In this document: positions 26,653-38,538 of the stretch, piece after piece
How the letters are laid out: the number at the start of each line of letters is the position of its first letter
How positions within the stretch are numbered: position 1 is the stretch's first letter
DNA from: Cirrosporium novae-zelandiae
Lineage: Eukaryota
DNA: 64,000 nt
Direction: 5' to 3'
Assembly: GCA_026023565.1 (NCBI GenBank)
Contig: JAPETS010000001.1
Span: 1,550,001-1,614,000 of the forward strand
Translations under genes and position numbers: made by a program
The notes under the pieces: generated by a model
The model's input: only the letters and a program-made list of their open reading frames with translations
What the model was told of the DNA's origin: nothing
Databases searched by the model: none

Positions 26653-29067
26653 ATGTCTCTTTTTGGGACATCTCCGAGCGACACCGCTTTTGCCAGTCCA
26701 TCTCAAACCAAATCCCTCTTTGGTGACGACCCAACGCCTGGCGCCTCCTCCAACGCATCGTTATTCGCCGATGAAGCCGATGGGTTTTCACCATGGAGCC
26801 TGCCAACACCCAAGAAAGCTGCTCGTAGCGATCTCATAAAACGTTTACTTCCAGCAACAGACGTACCGGATTTATACATTGATGCGTATGACGCGATCCT
26901 CAAGTCGGGTAATAAGACAGGTGCTGGTGTAAGCTTAACGGGACTAAGAAAAGTATTGGGTGACAGTGGGCTGGACTTAAGAGACCAAACCACAATTTTG
27001 AACATAATTGCCCCCGACGGGCAGCAACTTTCAAACGGATTTTCTCGAAGCGAGTTCAATGTTTTTTTGGCTTTAATTGGCCTTGCACAGGAAGGCGAAG
27101 ACGTGACTCTCGATGGTGTCGACGAACGAAGGCGGAGTAAGTCCATCCTACAATGGTTTCGATTTTAAGGGTTATTGCATACTAACTTATATTTTATAAG
27201 AACTCCCTGAACCTTCGATACCTTTCCTTAAACAACAGAAACAAGTAGAAGATCCTGAAAGTCCCTCTGAAGACTCTGAGCCCGGGCAACAGGTCCAGAC
27301 TCCGCAAAAAGAACAAATTCTTAAGCCTCCACCAACCCCTCCAAGAAACATGATTCGAGATACATTAGACGATCCATGGGCAAGCCCAGAAATGCACCAA
27401 AGCCACAATCATCCTACAGACGATAATGCATCCTATGCCAATGGTGCATCTACCAATGGCATTACGAGTAGTATTGGGAGGTTTCCACGTACGACAAGTG
27501 CATTTACAACCAATGCCTTTACATCAGTATCTGGCGCTCAAGGATCTGATTATATGAATGATCCAAATGCTAACAAGCCCGCTGTGAGTAATGGCGACGG
27601 CTGGGGGTCGTACGGACAGGGTCCTAATGACAGCTTCCCGAATCCTGATCAAAATACTCTTCGTGGGGGATTCGGTGGCTCTGGCGGAGATGACCAAGAC
27701 AATCCTAACCGTAACCCTATAGGAAGGTCAATAGGTAGTGGAAGAGTGGCGCCCATAGGGCCGGAAGAAGTAATCAATGTTACATTGATTCCTGAGAAGG
27801 AAGGCATATTCATGTTCCAGCATCGGAATTATGAAGTAAAGAGCGTCAGGAGAGGTACCTCTGTTGTCAGAAGGTACAGTGATTTCGTGTGGCTGCTTGA
27901 TTGTCTGCATAAACGATACCCTTTCAGACAGTTGCCTTTGCTGCCTCCAAAAAGACTCGCAGGTGAGTGCGCGTGTTGCATTTAGCACCACGAATATATC
28001 TTCTTAACAGATAAGTAGTTAACGGAAGGCATTTGTCAGCTGATGCGGGCTTCATCGAGAAGCGTCGCCGTGGCCTGGCACGATTTATGAATGCTCTAGT
28101 ACGACATCCGATCCTTGGTCAGGAGCAACTCGTTATAATGTTTTTGACTGTTCAAACAGTACGTTTTACTAGACAAGGTTTCCTCTTGCAAAGCTAATAC
28201 GTTTGTCAGGAATTAGCAGTCTGGAAGAAACAAGCCACCTATTCTGTCCAAGAAGAGTTCACTGGTAAACCGCTACCACCAGGACTCGAAGATTCCCTAC
28301 CGCAGAACCTTCAGGAAACCTTTGATATTGCACGCGCCGGCATCAAAAAATCTGCTGAGATCTACATAAACGTTTGCACCTTTCTTGAAAGACTAGCTAA
28401 GCGTAATGAGGGGGTTGCAGCTGATAGCGGACGACTCTCGTTGGCGCTGCAGTCACTTACTGAGTGCACAGAAACTACCTACTCCATTGACACAAACGAT
28501 GTACCCTTATTAAATGAAGGGATTAAATCTACTGCAAAGCATCTTTCAACATCTCAGAGTCTCCTTGTAGATGAATCGCGAGCCTGGGATGAAGGGGTTT
28601 TGGAAGATTTCAAAACACAAAGAGATACCCTTGTTTCGATGCGCGAATTATTTGACCGCCGAGATCGGCTCGCTAGGGATAATATACCCCAGTTGGAAAG
28701 AAGGATTGAGAACAATGAACACAAGCTTGTTGGCCTTAGGGAGAGGCCTCAGGAAACAGTTAAGCCGGGCGAAATTCAGAAGGTTGAAGAGGCTATTGTC
28801 AAGGTATGTCTGGTCAATAGATCTTTTCTGGGTATATTCATAATTGTGCTTTTTTAGGATAAACAATCGATTGTCGACCAGCATGCTCGAGGCGTCTTCA
28901 TTCTGGAGTGCGTTAGAGATGAACTCATCTTCTTCCAGTCTTCACAATACCGTATTAGTCGATTACACCAGGATTGGAGCCAGGAACGCGTGAAATATGC
29001 CGAGCTTCAAGCCGAAAATTGGAGGTCCCTGAGTGAAGAATTGGATGGCATGCCAATTGGCGACTAA
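26653..29067 (+). CDS. MVP1: Sorting nexin Mvp1 (PX-BAR), 5 exons
   Basis: MSLFG N-terminus; PX motif VVRRYSDFVWLLDCLHKRYPFRQLPLLPPK; FIEKRRRGLARF; BAR-like helical C-terminus ending QERVKYAELQAENW...GMPIGD*. Confidence 0.94.
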
Positions 29068-29760
29068 TTTGAAGTCCCTCTAGCAATGGTTGGAACCCGA
29101 CAAAGCCCTTCGGTTTGCTTAGAGGAGTTTCTGTTCTCTGATATTTTGATTCCCGCGTTCCCCAGAGCGGTATAATTCCCTACACAATTTTCACCGCCTT
29201 CGCATTCTCAATTAGTCTCGATTACAAGCATTAACGACTAGCTTTTCAGGGTCAAATTGTACGATACTCGACTGCTTCCATGACCAGTGGGAGGTAATAT
29301 AATGCATTCGGTGAACAAGGGTTGGTGTAGATAATGATTTGATTAGTTTTCGAGTAGCATATAGCAAGGGCACTTATGAATAAGTATGATAGTCTATACC
29401 ATTACTGCCTAAAGACATAGACCTGAAGTTTTCCTTAGCCCTGGATACCTCAGGCCCTCTAAAATTAAAGAAACGCTGGAATCAGACGCGAGACGCGGGA
29501 CGCGCTAAACGCCTATCGATAAGCCCAGTTTTGCTGGCTCGTGGGGGGGTTCTCAGGTTTATTATGAATCAGCTATTCGCAATCTATTTCTAGGAAATCT
29601 CTTAACTACAGTAATTCAGCTTCAGCAACTTCTTGCTAAATCATCAATTAATTGAGACCTTCAGTAGAAGCCTATTCAAGCAAATCTCTCCATATCCATA
29701 TATTCCTTCGTCATTTTAATAACCACCTACAATCTGATCCCAACATTCAAGCCGCCCACT

Positions 29761-30750
29761 ATGCCTGCAGCATATAATATGCAACAAAAAAATCAAATAT
29801 CTCAGTTTTCAAGTTTTACGAAAGCCGGCCAGAGTATTGCTGCGAGGTTCTTAAAAGCTAACGGATGGAACGTTGAGCAAGCCGTAAATGCGTGCGCGAA
29901 CCATTTCAGCTCTGTTTACTCCGTACCTTAGATACTAGCTAACCCGGATTCCTAATTTAGATTCTACTCTGATCCCTCCCAGCCCGCCAGGTCAAGCTCT
30001 TCATCAACTACAGCAGCACTGAACAAACTCTTCGACCAATATCGGGGTGCGCGCCCCATCTTCCTTAATATTATTTTCATGGACCTCCGATAGGCAAGAC
30101 AATACTGACCAGCACCAATCAAAGATGACCCCATTGACTCTCCTGATACTATCGGCCTGCAGTCAGCTATGAAATACCTAGGTGACCTGGGTCTCTCCCT
30201 AGACGAACTCGCCGTTCTCGGCGTCGCCGAGCTCCTCCAATCCCCCACCATGGGTGAATTTCCTCGCGATGGTTTCGTAAACGGCTGGAAATCAACTCGA
30301 CGAGAATCGATCCAAAAGCAAAGAGAATACGTCGAGGGACTCCGGACCACGCTTCCCAAAGACGCAGATTTATTTAAGAGGGTTTACAGACATACGTTCA
30401 TCATCTCCCGAACTCCGGGCCAGAAGAGCCTTGGTCTCGAAGTGGCAGCTGAGTACTGGCGCTTGCTGTTTGGTCCGACAGGTTGGTCCTGGGGCGTTGG
30501 GGGAGGCGATGGCGAGAAGCTTCAATTTCCTTGGTTGGATTGGTGGGTCGAGTTTGTTACAAGCAGCTGGAAGAGGGCTGTCGGGAAAGATATGTGGAAT
30601 ATGCTGGAGGCGTTTGCGAGGAAAACAAATGAAGACGAGACGCTGTCGTGGTGGAGCGATACTGGCGCTTGGCCCGGAGTGATTGATGATTTTGTGGGAT
30701 GGGTGAAAGCCAAAGAAGAGTATGGGGCAAGCACTATGGATATTTCGTAG
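29761..30750 (+). CDS. DCN1: Defective in cullin neddylation protein Dcn1 (UBA-like + PONY domain), 3 exons
   Basis: N-terminal ARFLKANGWNVEQAVNA; FKRVYRHTF; GQKSL..EVA.EYWRLL; KDMWN; GAWPGVIDDFV. Confidence 0.93.
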
Positions 30751-31060
30751 CCCCCAGAAAAGGAGAGCTTCCGCGCATGCATGCAAATACCCGAATGTGA
30801 ATTAGCCATAGTGACACTGGTTTTTATGGATTTTCATTCCCTTTCTTTTTTTGTTTTTTTGTTTTTTTTTATAGCATGGGTGGCGCTATTAACTTAAGCG
30901 TAACGACGACATCTATAGGTATGATGGTATGAGGAGTGTGTGTGGCAACGAAACAGTATCCAGCATTATTGAACGAACTCATAGATATCTAATTCTTTCT
31001 TCTAAAGTCATCCGACCCATAAATAATGTAAAGCGAAATGATTTATTATTAATAAGAAGA

Positions 31061-31090
31061 TTCTTCTTCTTCTTCTTCTTCTTCTTCTTC
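31061..31090. repeat. (TTC)10 microsatellite
   Basis: Directly visible. Confidence 0.95.
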
Positions 31091-31459
31091 CTCAAATCAA
31101 ATCTTTAGGGTTATGTTTGTTATAAGCTATCCGAAGGAACTTTTCATACCTATTAGCTTCGATTCTAAGAAATAATATCTCAATCCTAATAGATAGATAT
31201 GTGTGACCATGGATTTCGAAACTTGGCTTATCATCTATCATGATTGGACCCCGGGATAAAAGAGGGGAGGGGAAGGGATATGAGGGAGGGGATGGATGCA
31301 GGGGGATAGGTATTGTATATCATATCATATCAGCCATATCGCATACATACATATATACATATATAGAATCCTTCACGAACCCTAACCCCCCAACCCTTCC
31401 AAAAGCCCATCTCCATCCCCATCCCATTTTTATTTTTATTTTTATTCCTTCTTCCCCCC

Positions 31460-32662
31460 TCAACCCTGACTCAATACCCCCTCCTTATTCGCCGGATCCA
31501 ACAGTTCCATTAACGCCTGCTGGCAGTCCCATTCCGGCAGTGTCCATGTATCCGTCGTATCCCCTTTCCCATTCCCACTCCTATTCGCCCGTTCCTCCGC
31601 CTCCACCAGCCACCTATCCCACGCCCTCGTCTGAGGCGTAACCCCGCCTATCTTGACCCACTCAACACTCCTCGTGATGGCGATAGCCATCCAAAGCGCC
31701 TCGGTAAAGGTCCTATTTTCCCGGGTCCCCATCCACGGTTCCACCACATAAGCATCCTCCAGATCCCAGTGCACGTGATCCGGCAGCGCCGCCACAACCC
31801 AATAAAGTGCACTCAGAATCATGTAGGAAACTGCAAAGGCGATTTGCAGGTCCAGGGTAGAGTTTGCGAGAAAGATTACGCCCAGCATGAGGAGTAAGGT
31901 GCTGAGGAGGGCGACGAGCCGGTAGGCCTTTGTCGAGAGGATCATGTCGTAGATGCAGGATTCGGGGGCCCAGTGCAGCTCGCGCGCTAGGGGCTCCAAG
32001 AGGTAGGTTATCTGGATGGCGCCGTGCGGGTAGATTAGGATGGTGTCTCCCGGGGGGAGGGTTGGGGTTTGGGTTTGAGTTTGGGTTTGGGTTTGAGGAG
32101 TTGCTGATACGTTGCGGTGCGGGAGAGCGAGGTGCCAGTGAGAGGATACGCCAGTGAGGGTGCTGACCAGGGAGAGGAAAATTGTGGCCAGGAGGGCCAT
32201 GCCGTCTGCGTAGTAGATGGAGAGGGCGAGTATACTCACAGCCATGGCGGTTCCCAGCAGGGAGAGCCAGGCTAGGGGTCCAAATGCGCGCGCCCGTGGC
32301 GTACTTTTATGACCACCATCGTCATCATCACCATCACCATCAGGCCACCGTTTGCGGACGCTCATACACTGCACCGAGTAGGGAGCCAATTTGTCCCCAT
32401 CATGCAGCAGGGCGGGGATATAGTTTATGGGACTGCGGACATTTCCCGACGAGATGCCGATGGCTTTCGCGTTGGCCTGATTCAGGCGGTCCGGACGGGC
32501 TGTGCGGATCAGAGCCTGTGGAGCAGGGAGCAGGCGTGGTAGGAGAACCCACTTTGAGAGGCTGGCGACCTGGGCGTTGGATTGGACGGAGCCTTCCCCC
32601 AGGATTGCTAGGAAGCCGACCACGTCTAGTTGGAGGTTGGTCAGGGTCGTGATGAAGCGCAT
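31460..32662 (-). CDS. Uncharacterised fungal multi-pass membrane protein, intronless (~400 aa)
   Basis: Long GC-rich ORF starting MRFITTLTNLQLDVVGFLAILGEGSV, about 4 hydrophobic segments, (TQ)n linker, C-terminal TFTEALWMAIAITRSVEWV...W..WL.EA. Confidence 0.85.
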   Translation of the reverse strand: MRFITTLTNLQLDVVGFLAILGEGSVQSNAQVASLSKWVLLPRLLPAPQALIRTARPDRLNQANAKAIGISSGNVRSPINYIPALLHDGDKLAPYSVQCMSVRKRWPDGDGDDDDGGHKSTPRARAFGPLAWLSLLGTAMAVSILALSIYYADGMALLATIFLSLVSTLTGVSSHWHLALPHRNVSATPQTQTQTQTQTPTLPPGDTILIYPHGAIQITYLLEPLARELHWAPESCIYDMILSTKAYRLVALLSTLLLMLGVIFLANSTLDLQIAFAVSYMILSALYWVVAALPDHVHWDLEDAYVVEPWMGTRENRTFTEALWMAIAITRSVEWVKIGGVTPQTRAWDRWLVEAEERANRSGNGKGDTTDTWTLPEWDCQQALMELLDPANKEGVLSQG

Positions 32663-33410
32663 GACTTTGGAGAGAGGGTTGGAGGTTCGGTAGTTATTTT
32701 GGTACGGGTTGTGGATGGGGGGATATGTGTGTGATGAGATAGATATATTTTTTTGGTTCAACAATAATAACAATAACAAACGGCCCAGAAAATAATTCAA
32801 GTATCGGTCAAATATATGAAGGAAGTAACAGCCAGCAGTATCATAACCAAAAGCGTCAATGGCGAGCAACTTTTACCGGACTCCAAGGCTTCCAAAAAAA
32901 CGGTTTCTTCTTCTTCTACTTCCTTTGGATATGCTTCGTAAATAGATACAAATGAACAAAACAAGCAAGAAGAATTCTATTTCGGTAAGTTGAAAATGAA
33001 GAAGAGAAAGAAAAGGGCCATGTAGGTCTGTCTTACACCAGCAGAGGTTATTGGCATTCACTTACTTGTATGACTGAGGCTGAAATGAGAAGAGAATCGA
33101 GAGACTGACACTTTAACCGCCAGGTGTTACAGGTCATATTTTGGGGTACTTGGACTGTTACTTGACTCAGCTCGGCGTATATCAGTGCTACTAAATTTAT
33201 TATTTGTGTAACCAGCTACGTGTACTGTATAGATGATGATGGCGATCAAACATTCGAAGACCTGAGATGCTACGTGCTTGGCGCGCCGGGGGGGAAATCT
33301 CGAGACCGATTTTAAAATTTTATCGACTTCTAATTTAATATCTTTTCTTCAATCTCGTGGAACACCGACGGCGATTGCTTCCAGAGGATTGCACAGGAAT
33401 AATCTTCTTT

Positions 33411-35210
33411 CTAATGCTCACACAATGAAAACGTCTCATTCAAATACTTGTTGGTTTGACTTTCAACAAACCGACTCCTCTCCTCCATCAATTCCTCCCG
33501 AAACCTCTTCGCCTGTTCTAACGAAATAGGGAAATCTTCTACGTCACTGATGACCTGCTGTTTCAGCTCCTCTGGCAATTTCTCCAGCAACCCCTCCCGC
33601 CTGATATGTTTCTCCCAGCTCGATTTCTGCTGACAGGGAACGTTCGCCGTCGAAATTGCTCTAAGATGGGGATCGACGAGGAAGAGGGCGAGGATTTTCC
33701 GATGCCCAGGTTTCGTCGGGTCTGCTAGTTTAAAGGGCCGGACGCAATGCTGCAGGGTGTTTGGGAAAGTCACCAGGCGTCCCTCACGAGCAAGGACGTC
33801 ACCGATCTCGATGACGGCGGGCTCCTCGTTTTGAAACCCGTACGTTCGCTCGGGGCCTTCGTGGTCGTCTTGTTCGTAGCTCATAGCGATGTCGCTGTTG
33901 ACTTTGGCTCGAAACGCTAGGCGACTTTCTGTGATGTTAGAGCAGTCATAGTAGTATAGGGCAGTTGCGCAGATGTGCTCGTTGAGCATGCCTTCTATAT
34001 GCCAGGTTCCACCCCCGTACTCTGGCTTCTCGGGAGTTAAAACGATGTTTGCTAGTTTCACGATCACTTGCAGTCCCTCCTTGCCAAAGTCCTTTCGTAG
34101 GTCTACGATTTCCTCTTCCTTCAATAGCCCAGTCTTGTCATCTCTAAAGGTGTCATAAGTCCTCTCAGTCTCTGATATATACTCGCCACAGTCAGCTACT
34201 TCAAGGATCCGGTTTTGTCGTTGGTGCTGGCGCTGATGCTCCCAGTAATCGTCGCTATCTTCTTCATCAGTGTCTGGTGGTTCGAGCTCTTCGTAATCTT
34301 CGGCGTAGACCCAGTTACATTCCTCGTCATCAATTCTCCGACGACTATGCCTATTGGTCCTCATGAGGGACCCGTTCCATAGGGGAATGGCCGAAGATAT
34401 CACTTGCTCGATGAGAGAGTAAAGGGTTTCATTTCCCTCGGGGGGAAGGTTGTTTATGTAGCTGACAATTTTCGCGCTTCCGTCCTTCGGGTCCAGTTTG
34501 ACTTCACAAGGTAGCCATTGGAATTTCTTGCTCCAGGATTTATTCTCTGGACAGTCTTCCCAGGGGTTTATCTTATGGATGATCAAGTCTTCTTCTCTCG
34601 GGAGATCTAGGACCACGCCTTCCCCACATCTTTTTTCACAATCTTCGAGTCCAACAGTAGATGAGGGGAGTATCTTTGATACACCATAGATTAAACAGAA
34701 AAGAGACGGATGCACCAGATCAAGAACTTTCCTGTCGGATCCAGGATGCCAGTCAAGATATTTTTCTCCAACCTGTTCCAAGGGCTTTACAGCATCTTTG
34801 AAGGATGCGTTTATGACATCAGATACTAACGAATCTGACTTCATCACTCCTTCGTCCAATGCAACGATAGTACCGGTGGCTTGAAATACTTTGGCCTTGT
34901 CTTTGACCTCGGCCATACACCAACTAAGCATGCTATCGGTGATATCCTGGGTCTGGCTAGATGACTCCTGCTTCCATTTCGAGACGATTGCATCCTCGAA
35001 GATCTTCCTATCCCAGTCTGGTTTATCAGTGAGATGATTCATAAGAGCTACCATGGTCCGCTCTCTGACTGTTCGTAGCCTAGCGCTATATAAGTCTATC
35101 AATGTATGATGAAACATATCAAATGGTTCCACCAATGGGGAGTTGTCGGGCATTGTTGGTAGATAATTCAGAGGCATTCCAAAGCCTGGAAGGTGATCTG
35201 CCATTGTCAT
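33411..35210 (-). CDS. DUF4246-family protein (predicted 2OG-Fe(II) oxygenase-like fold), intronless
   Basis: LPGFG start; DWHPGSDRKVLDLVHPSLF; FQWLPCEV; QVIVKLANIVLTPEKPEY.GGTWHIEG.LNEHICATALYYYD; FPNTLQHCVRPFKLADPTKPGHRKILALFLVDP; C-terminal FSLCEH. Confidence 0.9.
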   Translation of the reverse strand: MTMADHLPGFGMPLNYLPTMPDNSPLVEPFDMFHHTLIDLYSARLRTVRERTMVALMNHLTDKPDWDRKIFEDAIVSKWKQESSSQTQDITDSMLSWCMAEVKDKAKVFQATGTIVALDEGVMKSDSLVSDVINASFKDAVKPLEQVGEKYLDWHPGSDRKVLDLVHPSLFCLIYGVSKILPSSTVGLEDCEKRCGEGVVLDLPREEDLIIHKINPWEDCPENKSWSKKFQWLPCEVKLDPKDGSAKIVSYINNLPPEGNETLYSLIEQVISSAIPLWNGSLMRTNRHSRRRIDDEECNWVYAEDYEELEPPDTDEEDSDDYWEHQRQHQRQNRILEVADCGEYISETERTYDTFRDDKTGLLKEEEIVDLRKDFGKEGLQVIVKLANIVLTPEKPEYGGGTWHIEGMLNEHICATALYYYDCSNITESRLAFRAKVNSDIAMSYEQDDHEGPERTYGFQNEEPAVIEIGDVLAREGRLVTFPNTLQHCVRPFKLADPTKPGHRKILALFLVDPHLRAISTANVPCQQKSSWEKHIRREGLLEKLPEELKQQVISDVEDFPISLEQAKRFREELMEERSRFVESQTNKYLNETFSLCEH

Positions 35211-35894
35211 GATTGTAAACACAGTAATAGACAATTGTAAGAAAAAAATCAAAGAAACAATTGGAGGGTGTGATATAGGAAGATGCTTAGAGATGGATAT
35301 CAGACGAAGATGTAGAAGAATGTTCAAGGCAACAAACTTCAGCCAAGCGCCACCACTACTACCGATTATGGTCAAGATGGATTCTATTCCATGATGAAGC
35401 ATGATGAGACATTCAATCTGCCTTTTTTTTTTTCATTTCACATGTTATCCATAGAAGAAACAAAATTATATATTTATGACCTTCACTATATAATTCATTT
35501 AAACACCTAGAGATTACGTCCCTGCATTGGAGCTTATTTGTATGGCAAATCTATCCCCAAAACACCTTATTAGTTAAGTAATTATCATTCACATTAAAAG
35601 TTATATTTGTACAATTCTCCTCATCGTAGGTGGAAACAGGTAGGTATCTATAATTATAAAACACGAAGTAATATATCCAACAAAGATCCGGCACTGCACC
35701 ACATGCATCCTTTCGTTCAAAAAAGGAATCTGGCCATAACGACTCCACGCCAAAGAAACTCCGTTGGTCTGCCCAGATAATGCTGTCGGTGTTTCCTTTC
35801 ACACATGCACTTCAACAATTAGCAAATTTTATACTGCCATAGAAAAAACGTTCATCTTTCTCGCATCTCTTGTATCTGCCATGGATATTATTGC

Positions 35895-38009
35895 TTATGC
35901 CACCCATCTCCTATGCCCCGCCTTGTCAGCACTTTTCCCGTCAAACTTATCCATCTCGCTCCCGTCCCCTGAGTACCCAATCCGATCTCGATTATCATCC
36001 ACGATTCTCGCATATTCCAGCATTAATCTAAACATATATACCAGAATATCGTCTCTTCTCAAAACCATGTTTGCCCACTCGCGACCTTGTCGCGCAATCC
36101 GGCTGGCTTCGTAGTCGTGTCGCGGGACATACACATCACCGTTGATATAGTTTTCGTGCGCTTCCATTTCTGAGGGAACCTGGAGGCCAGGTTTCCCAAC
36201 ACCGATGAAGTAGGTGAGGAGGGCGTAGACGTCATCAAAACGGTTATCCATGGGAACGAAGTGGCGCCACGCGAAGAGGCGGGAGTCGTGCCATTCACGG
36301 AAGATGGTGGCCTTGATGCCGAGAGCTTTACTCTCGAGGAATGCACGCCAGCGACCGGAGAAAGAATGGCCATCCACATCAACTAGATATTTGTATTTGA
36401 ATTGCTGGGAGAGTGTGGTTTGTGGCTTCAGTGAAAAGACGTCTTTATAAAAAGAGCAATCTGGAACGCAGCCCCATGTTTCAACGAAACCGACATCCGT
36501 GTGATCAGTAGCGAATTTTGAGGGTTGGAACCGGTCAAAGGGTTCATAGGAGCCTTTCTCGTCTGCTTTAGCAGTCAGAACTCGAACCTCTTTGTCAGCC
36601 ATTTCTGTTCCATTCAGATACATAACAAGACGCTGGCGGTGCATGCGTCGCCAATTATCCTCGACTTGCACACCACCCGAGGTGACGCCCCGCCACACCA
36701 TGACATCGGATTTATCATCCCAGCTAACATCATATTTGCCGTTGTAGTCGTAGCGGTCATCATGGCGCCAATACATATTTGCGGGAAAGAGAATATCAGA
36801 ATTGACATTGACCTTGCATTCGCCGAACACAGGGACAAGGCGTTTAGTAGCGATAACGGTTGAAGAAGAGTATAGGAAGCCATGAAGATCTTTGATCGCG
36901 GGCCCAACGGTGCAGAGATCGGTGGAGCGGTTGAAGTTGGTGATGAGGCCGCCTAATGCATCCTTATACATAGCTTCAGCGTCTTCGGTGGATTTATCGT
37001 ATTTGCGTGCGGGGGATTCGGGTGGACAAGCAGTACTGGCAATGTTCATGTATTGTTTTCCGTGAGCTGGGTACCATCCTGGGTCTTCTCGGTTCTCGTC
37101 AGTGGAGAGTTTACCGTCGAAAAGGCCCTGCATGTCAGGGGTGAACTCGTCGTGAACTTCAGGGGGTATTGCTCTCGTCTCAGCCTCCTTCGACAGCATA
37201 TCCTGCATCTCTTCCCACGATACCACAACCCTTGGTTGATCCAACCTATTCATAGCGATATCCAGGTCTGGAATATACTTTATGAACTGCTTAATCATAT
37301 CGGCCATTGTCTCGGACCGCCATGAAGGATTTGTGATATTCCAAATCTTGTGATTCCGTATGTGTATTCCCGAAATGCCATCCTCTTCCTTCTCCCACAT
37401 ATGTGCTGCCAATGAACGTATTACCCGTGGCTCAATGGCCCAAAATGGTCGGAGGTCATCCATAATCTGGTCGAAATCGTCGATGTTATATACATTCTTC
37501 GCCCGTGCAAATCGGTACCACTAAAACGTGTTAACATTCACTAAACCACAGGCAACTGCCAAAGTCCGTTTCACTAACCTCCTTGAAGCCTGGGGGTGGA
37601 TGCCGCCCATATTTTCGTCTATACTTGGTAACAGTCTCTTTGAAAGTCAACGACCGACTCTCATCATATATCCGCCACCTATCATCTGCCTCCTTCATCA
37701 AAGTGGCAATTGGATGCTCATCCACTGCCTCCTGGTAATTATCCCAGTTGGTATCGTCCTGCCATGGTGGTGTTTCTGAACCCTACAACAACATAGTAAG
37801 CCTCTTGTCTCCCTCGCATGTGCAGAAGAGAATGCACTTGCACTGGAACTCGAATCTACCTTGGGTCGACCTGGTATGGGTAGCTGGTTGATTTGCGATC
37901 GCAGATCTGTAGGGGAAAGGAGAAGGAATAGGTTTGTGATGATGATGGAAATGCCGATCAAGGTGACGAAATAGAATAGGCGCCTTCTGGCGCGATCCAA
38001 ACCGCTCAT
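35895..38009 (-). CDS. Glycosyltransferase family 90 (CAP10/Cxt1-like beta-1,2-xylosyltransferase), 3 exons
   Basis: Type II TM anchor; YRRKYGRHPPPGF.EW; DDLRPFW; WRGVTSGG; KYLVDVDGHSFSGRW; EWHDSRL.AW.HFVP; YMFRLMLEYAR. Introns 37783-37859 and 37521-37578. Confidence 0.93.
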
Positions 38010-38538
38010 GGTAAGAGCGTGAGGGCTCGTAGCCTTCGTATCCAATTCATGTATAAGTTAAAACCTTAGTTATAAGGAGAACAGGTCACCGAGTAAAAGC
38101 TGATGGCGCGTTTAGAGGATTTTCGAGTTGAATGGGGGGGGGGCAGTAAGGGCCTTTGACATGGAACACAAATCCGCATTGCTAACCAAAGAACATGTTT
38201 GTAATTTGCAAGCAGGACAGTAAGAGGATATATTGGGGGGTAGAACCAGTTGGATGCATTTATTATCAACCGAAGATGATGATGGCCAACATTGAAAAGA
38301 GTTTAGTCTATGGATTTTCAATTTTCCCTAACATTTGCAGGGGTACAGGGGTACAGGGGTACAAGGGGGGGAAGGTGCTTGGGGATGTCTGAGGGATGCC
38401 TGAGGGATGCCTGGCTTCCACACCTCCCCCATCGTTTTCTTCCATCCTCCGATCTTTTGCTTGCCTTACTGACCAACCTAACCTCAACCTCCCCTCCCCA
38501 CTCCTCTTCTCTCCTCTCTACTCCTTCAAATTCCAAAA

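Noticed and set aside
35211..35402. Hydrophobic N-terminal extension of the DUF4246 ORF from an upstream ATG
   Set aside because: It reads like pyrimidine-rich 5' UTR, and family-like sequence begins at MTMADHLPGFG. Not fully excluded.
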